The notes beneath the pieces are model-generated. The model worked only from the letters and a program-made list of their open reading frames with translations, was not told the DNA's origin and did no database searches. Of a stretch of 64,000 nucleotides of DNA, positions 59,800 to 64,000 are shown piece after piece. This stretch comes from Macrostomum hystrix (taxonomy: Eukaryota > Animalia > Platyhelminthes): the NCBI GenBank assembly GCA_950097015.1, contig CATNEN010000032.1, positions 496,001 to 560,000 of the forward strand, read 5' to 3'. How positions within the stretch are numbered: the first letter of the stretch is position 1; the number at the start of each line of letters is the position of its first letter. The translations under genes and the position numbers were made by a program.

Positions 59800-60235
59800 G
59801 GATCCTAGACACTTCGTCATCTTACAACTTCATCATCTTACAACTTCGTCATCCACTTGGAAGGTAGGACACTTCGTCATCCAGCCAATTGGCATGCTTT
59901 AAAGTTTGGTCAGTTTGTCATCTACTAGGCCTAATAACAAGCAATCAAGTTCGTCATCAATAAAGTGAGGGTGGGGTGGTGGGGCAGAGGTGTGAACACA
60001 CTTCACACTCTAAATGGTCAAAAAATGTGTCAAAACTGATTTCATTATAAGAGTTGAAAGATGGGTACTAACACGATGTGAGGAGGGGTTGTTCTGTTCT
60101 TACTTTGAAAACTTTTGTTTTATAGATGACAAAGTGTCTATCAAGTCTAAGTCTCTTTGTCATCCACCCTCTAAGATATTGGACAGATTGTCATCTGGAT
60201 GACAAAGTTGTAAAATGACGAAGTGTTGAGGTACC
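59800..60235. mobile_element. Non-autonomous MULE/foldback-like MITE, 436 bp
   Basis: Imperfect ~38-bp TIRs (GGATCCTAGACACTTCGTCATCTTACAACTT / reverse complement GGTACCTCAACACTTCGTCATTTTACAACTT), internal CTTCGTCATC subrepeats, flanking 9-bp TATGATTCT / TATGATGCT. Confidence 0.78.
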
Positions 60236-61381
60236 TATGATGCTTTCTAGCTGGAAATTTGTTAGCCAACATGTGCTAGCTGACATTTTCTAGCCATTAG
60301 TAAAGTTTGAATTCAATAATAAGTGGCAATAAAAAGAAAATATTCAATGGAATACATTATTACTATTTTAAATTTGTTAGTTTGTTTCCATAAAAATGTG
60401 ACAAAAAATTCTCTATTTGAATTTCAGAATCATAATAAATAAGGTTTTAGAACCGATTCTAAAAACAGAATTGATAAAATGGAACATGATGAACCAAATC
60501 TGAAAATAAATTGGAAATATGATAAGCCTAATGCAGTTAGCTAGCAACCTTTGTTATAGGCTAGCAAACATTGGCTAGGAAATGGGTATCCCAAAAATTT
60601 CAATGCCATGTGCAAATTGTGGGGTAAGGTCTATTGACTGTTGATGGTATAAAGATAGACAGGATCAGGATGTCACATGATTCATAACAAAGGCACTTCT
60701 TTAGACTGTAGACAACTTGGAAACTCTTAATTCCTTGCTGTGGCATTGGGGACTCAAGCTATCAAGATTTTAATGCTATATGTGCATGTTGTGGGTGGTT
60801 GGGAGAGGGTTTCACTCTTAACCTGTTGAATCCCTGGAAAGTATTGAATTCTGATTGGCTGCAGTCTCCTTAGCTTTGCAAGTCCAGTTAAGTAGTGGGG
60901 CAAATAAGTCCCACTTCTCAAATGATGGCATGCTTAACCTGAAGCATCTTGCAGCTTAGCACCTTGGTGCTTAAACAGAAGCAGGTCATGAGAAAGAATA
61001 ACTGAAGGTGCAGCAAAGAGTCAACAAAGAGGCTACCCAGTTTATAAATTCTCCCCTTTAAAGAATCTCTAATGCAGTGAGTAACAGAAAGCCATGAAGA
61101 GTGATACCTATAATGCACATTATACAAATGTTATGGGAAGTCATAAGATTTTTTAGTTAGCAATATGGATACAAATAGGCTAGAGAAAAAAATTGGATAT
61201 ACAGATATAGAAAATTTTTGTTTATGACAGAACCTTATATAATTAAGTATGTTTAGGCAATTTGGATATTAATGCCACCAAAGTAATTTAAGGGCTAATT
61301 TTATAGAGATAATCATAGTATAAGTTTATCACATACTTAATGGTACTGTCTGAGTATTGTATTTAAGGATATCTGTACCTA

Positions 61382-61623
61382 CATACATGCGCAACCTCCC
61401 AAATCTTAGCCGGCTGTGCGACTTAGTTTTTGCTCTATTTACGACTTAGTTTGCTCTCATTTGCTCTCTTTTTCTCTCCCCTTTTTCCTTTTCTTCACGC
61501 CTTCCTTTTTTGTCCCTTGGTCCCCCCTTTGATTTTTTTGCGCTTGGTCGATTGGTTTTTGCGACTTACCTTGCTTGGCCCTCGTTTCACCCAGCCAGTT
61601 CGGCCAGGTGTTGCGCATGTATG
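61382..61623. mobile_element. TA-flanked MITE-like element, 242 bp
   Basis: Perfect 14-bp inverted repeat CATACATGCGCAAC / GTTGCGCATGTATG with TA on both sides; pyrimidine-rich interior. Confidence 0.55.
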
Positions 61624-62302
61624 TATACCTAGCATATTTTAGTTATTCTGGTAGTGTATGAGGTTTTATAATAGTGTGTCTGGTCCCCTATTTAGTTATT
61701 GTAGTAGCATCTTTACTATTCTAGCCAAATTACTTCATCAAATATATGTATTTCTGAGCATGAGCTTTCCGAAAGTGTTGCCAATGATCACAAGGTTACA
61801 GCAATATTCTCTCTCTCTTAAGTCCTCTCAGTAGTCACCTCCATATGTTTTATATCTTTTTTAATACACTTCATACATGCCAATGTGACACCAACCCCTT
61901 GAAATATATACTAATTCAGGCCATGTACTCTAGCCCAAGGCAAATGAATGTTTACTTTTTTGGAACAAACATTCTATGGATTCCTCAAGTTATCAGTAAT
62001 GGGGTACACTAGTTGTTAGAAAGGGGTTCAAGTTTCAGTATTTATATGCAAGACCATCTCACAATGAACACAACAGTCACACAACAGTTTGAGGTCTCTA
62101 TTTGATTAGTTTTGTTAAACTTCTAGGAGCTGTTACTGATAAACTCGAATCTGGGTTTTCAACTAGTAAAGTTGTTCATTCATGCACAACCTCTTATTGC
62201 TAGCAACACTTACAAGCCTATTTGAAAATCTATGCTGATGAATTGTACAACAGATTAATTGTTAAATTATTGCAGCTCACAACCAGGTTATTGTTGCAAC
62301 CA

Positions 62303-63121
62303 ATGGACCGGCAAGCCAAGATTGAGAAGCTAAAAGCTCAAGTAGACTCAGTTAGAATTGGCGGCAAAGGTTCCGCCAGGCGCAAGAGGAAGGTCATCCA
62401 CAAGAACACTGGCACTGACGATCGCAAGGTAGCATCGACGCTGAAGAAGCTGGCCGTTAGCTCTATTCCCGGCATCGAGGAGGTGAACATGTTTCGTGAC
62501 AATGGCGAAGTGATTCACTTCAACAATCCGAAGGTGCAGGCCTCCCTGCAGGCCAACACTTTTGCCATCACTGGCCAGTCTGAGGTCAAGGGCCTGGCTG
62601 AGTTGTTGCCGACCATTTGGAACCAGCTCGGGCCGCAGAATTTCGCCAATCTCAAGACACTGGCTTCGAAGCTAGGTAAAACTTTAAATTTCTAATTGGA
62701 AATTAGTTCTGTCAGATTGGGACTCAGTGCTGTCAGATTGGGACTGAGTTCTGTCAGATTGAGACTGAGTTCTTTCAGATTGGGACTGAGTTCTGTCAGA
62801 TTGGGACTGATTTCTGTCAGATTGGGACTGATTTCTGTCAGATTGGGACTGAGTTCTGTCAGATTGGGACACTTTAGGCTTACTTGTATGGATGCATTTT
62901 GCGCGCCTAGTCTTTGTCGCCATTGTTTTTTGGGTGGATAAACTACAAACTATAATTATTACTTACTAAGTCTAACACTTGCTGTTTCTTCAGGCGCCAG
63001 CGCCCCGAAGGCCGTCGGCGAAGCTGCCGACGACAAAGAAGCTACGACGGGCGCCGCCGATCAGGACGAAGTGCCGGAGCTGGTTGGCAACTTCGACGAC
63101 GCGTCAGCCAAAGCCGAGTGA
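62303..63121 (+). CDS. BTF3: Nascent polypeptide-associated complex beta subunit (BTF3)
   Basis: Exons 62303-62675 and 62994-63121 (phase 1). [74 protein letters not shown]. Confidence 0.97.
62706..62872. repeat. Intronic minisatellite, 21-bp unit TCTGTCAGATTGGGACTGAGT, about 8 copies
   Basis: Direct tandem units in the BTF3 intron. Confidence 0.95.
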
Positions 63122-64000
63122 AAAAATGTCCCGCTCTAAATAGCAACTTAAAAGGGACACATAAGCCTTGATGGTAATAAGTTTATTTGATAGACACAAT
63201 TTTACTTAGTGTGCATATTGAAAGCTTTTTCTACCATTAAAACGCGTTAAACTTTTGGCGCTTTAGCTGCTGTGCCGCTGGTAATAGCCGAGTTTCGGAC
63301 CGATTGAAAATTGAAAGTGGTGACTAGTACGTGTCTTGCTCTGCCGCTGCATAGTTTCGGAGACAGGTGCAAGAAAGCTTAGGAAGTGTGTCCTGCAGGG
63401 TGGAGTTTGTGCTTAAGCCAATGAGACCGTCAGTAGCTAGTAGTTCAGCTTTTGCCATTCGCTCTTCCTCGTTTTCATCTCCAACATTGCGCGCCAACAG
63501 GCCGCCATTTGACTGTTGATTGTGTCTTTTGTGTTTTGTACCACCGTGTTTTTGCCGGTCGATTGTAATAAAAAGCAGGTGAAAAAAAATGAAAAAAAAG
63601 AATAACTTTTTGGAAATAGAATCTGTTATTGGCTTTTTTGCGATTTCGTCTTTTTCGATATATTTAAATACGCTTAATTTGCAAGGCAATTACGAGTACA
63701 ATATGTTTGAACAGATGTTGATGAATCGAAATATTACGAGCGTATTTAGGGCTAAGAAGTGCTGCCTCGTTGTAAAGGCCAGGCCAAAGTAATAGAGTTA
63801 GTTGAGATGTCTCGGAGCCCCTGCACGGTTGATGAATCTGGTGCTGGCGATACTAGTGCTTTAATTCAATACGTAATTTCTTACACGTTTGCACACATTC
63901 CAAAAGTTTCAATTAATATATAGCAAAAATCCGCATTCAGCTAGTGCATAAAATGAAAAAAAAATTTCTCTGCGACAACTAGTCAACTGATAAATTGCGA

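Noticed and set aside
13523-62941. Periodic ORFs at 13.5, 22.5, 35.0, 42.7, 49.8, 50.3 and 62.7 kb
   Set aside because: Peptide periodicity equals the minisatellite unit; no unique coding context.
63324-63689. 121-aa minus-strand ORF as a gene
   Set aside because: The first half is low-complexity T-rich sequence, no clear acceptor or family; it might be a terminal exon of a gene outside the window but cannot be supported.

Overview
Eukaryotic (metazoan invertebrate) genomic DNA: compact, intron-containing housekeeping genes with GC-rich exons in AT-rich spacers. The style suggests a flatworm such as Macrostomum, but that is inference only. Recognisable genes: AP1M1 (-, runs off the left edge), OXA1L (+), DPH3 (+), ZFYVE1/DFCP1 (-), a C6orf89-like protein (+), SNX5/6 (+), METTL1 (-), STX5 (-), MPG (-), UPRT (-) and BTF3 (+). 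Unassigned genes: a 258-aa membrane protein, a RING protein, a 2-TM protein and a 157-aa ORF. About 20 different minisatellite arrays (units 16-44 bp, about 13 kb, about a fifth of the window) sit inside introns or between co-directional genes, each unique to its site; most long ORFs in the ORF track are artefacts of these. Mobile DNA: three tRNA-derived SINE types, an intact-ended internally deleted maT-like Tc1/mariner element, a decayed Tc1 fragment, a MULE-like MITE, a TA-flanked MITE and a 35-bp hairpin with an 8-bp duplication. The strongest system-level signal is an apparent operon / spliced-leader trans-splicing architecture. Nearly every start codon has a 3' splice acceptor just upstream. 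Two co-directional clusters (UPRT-MPG-STX5-METTL1; OXA1L-ORF258-DPH3) show AATAAA about 110-125 nt before the next acceptor. One intercistronic satellite is built of tandem acceptor motifs. All exon models were derived by hand from splice signals, phase and remembered protein families; no database searches were run.
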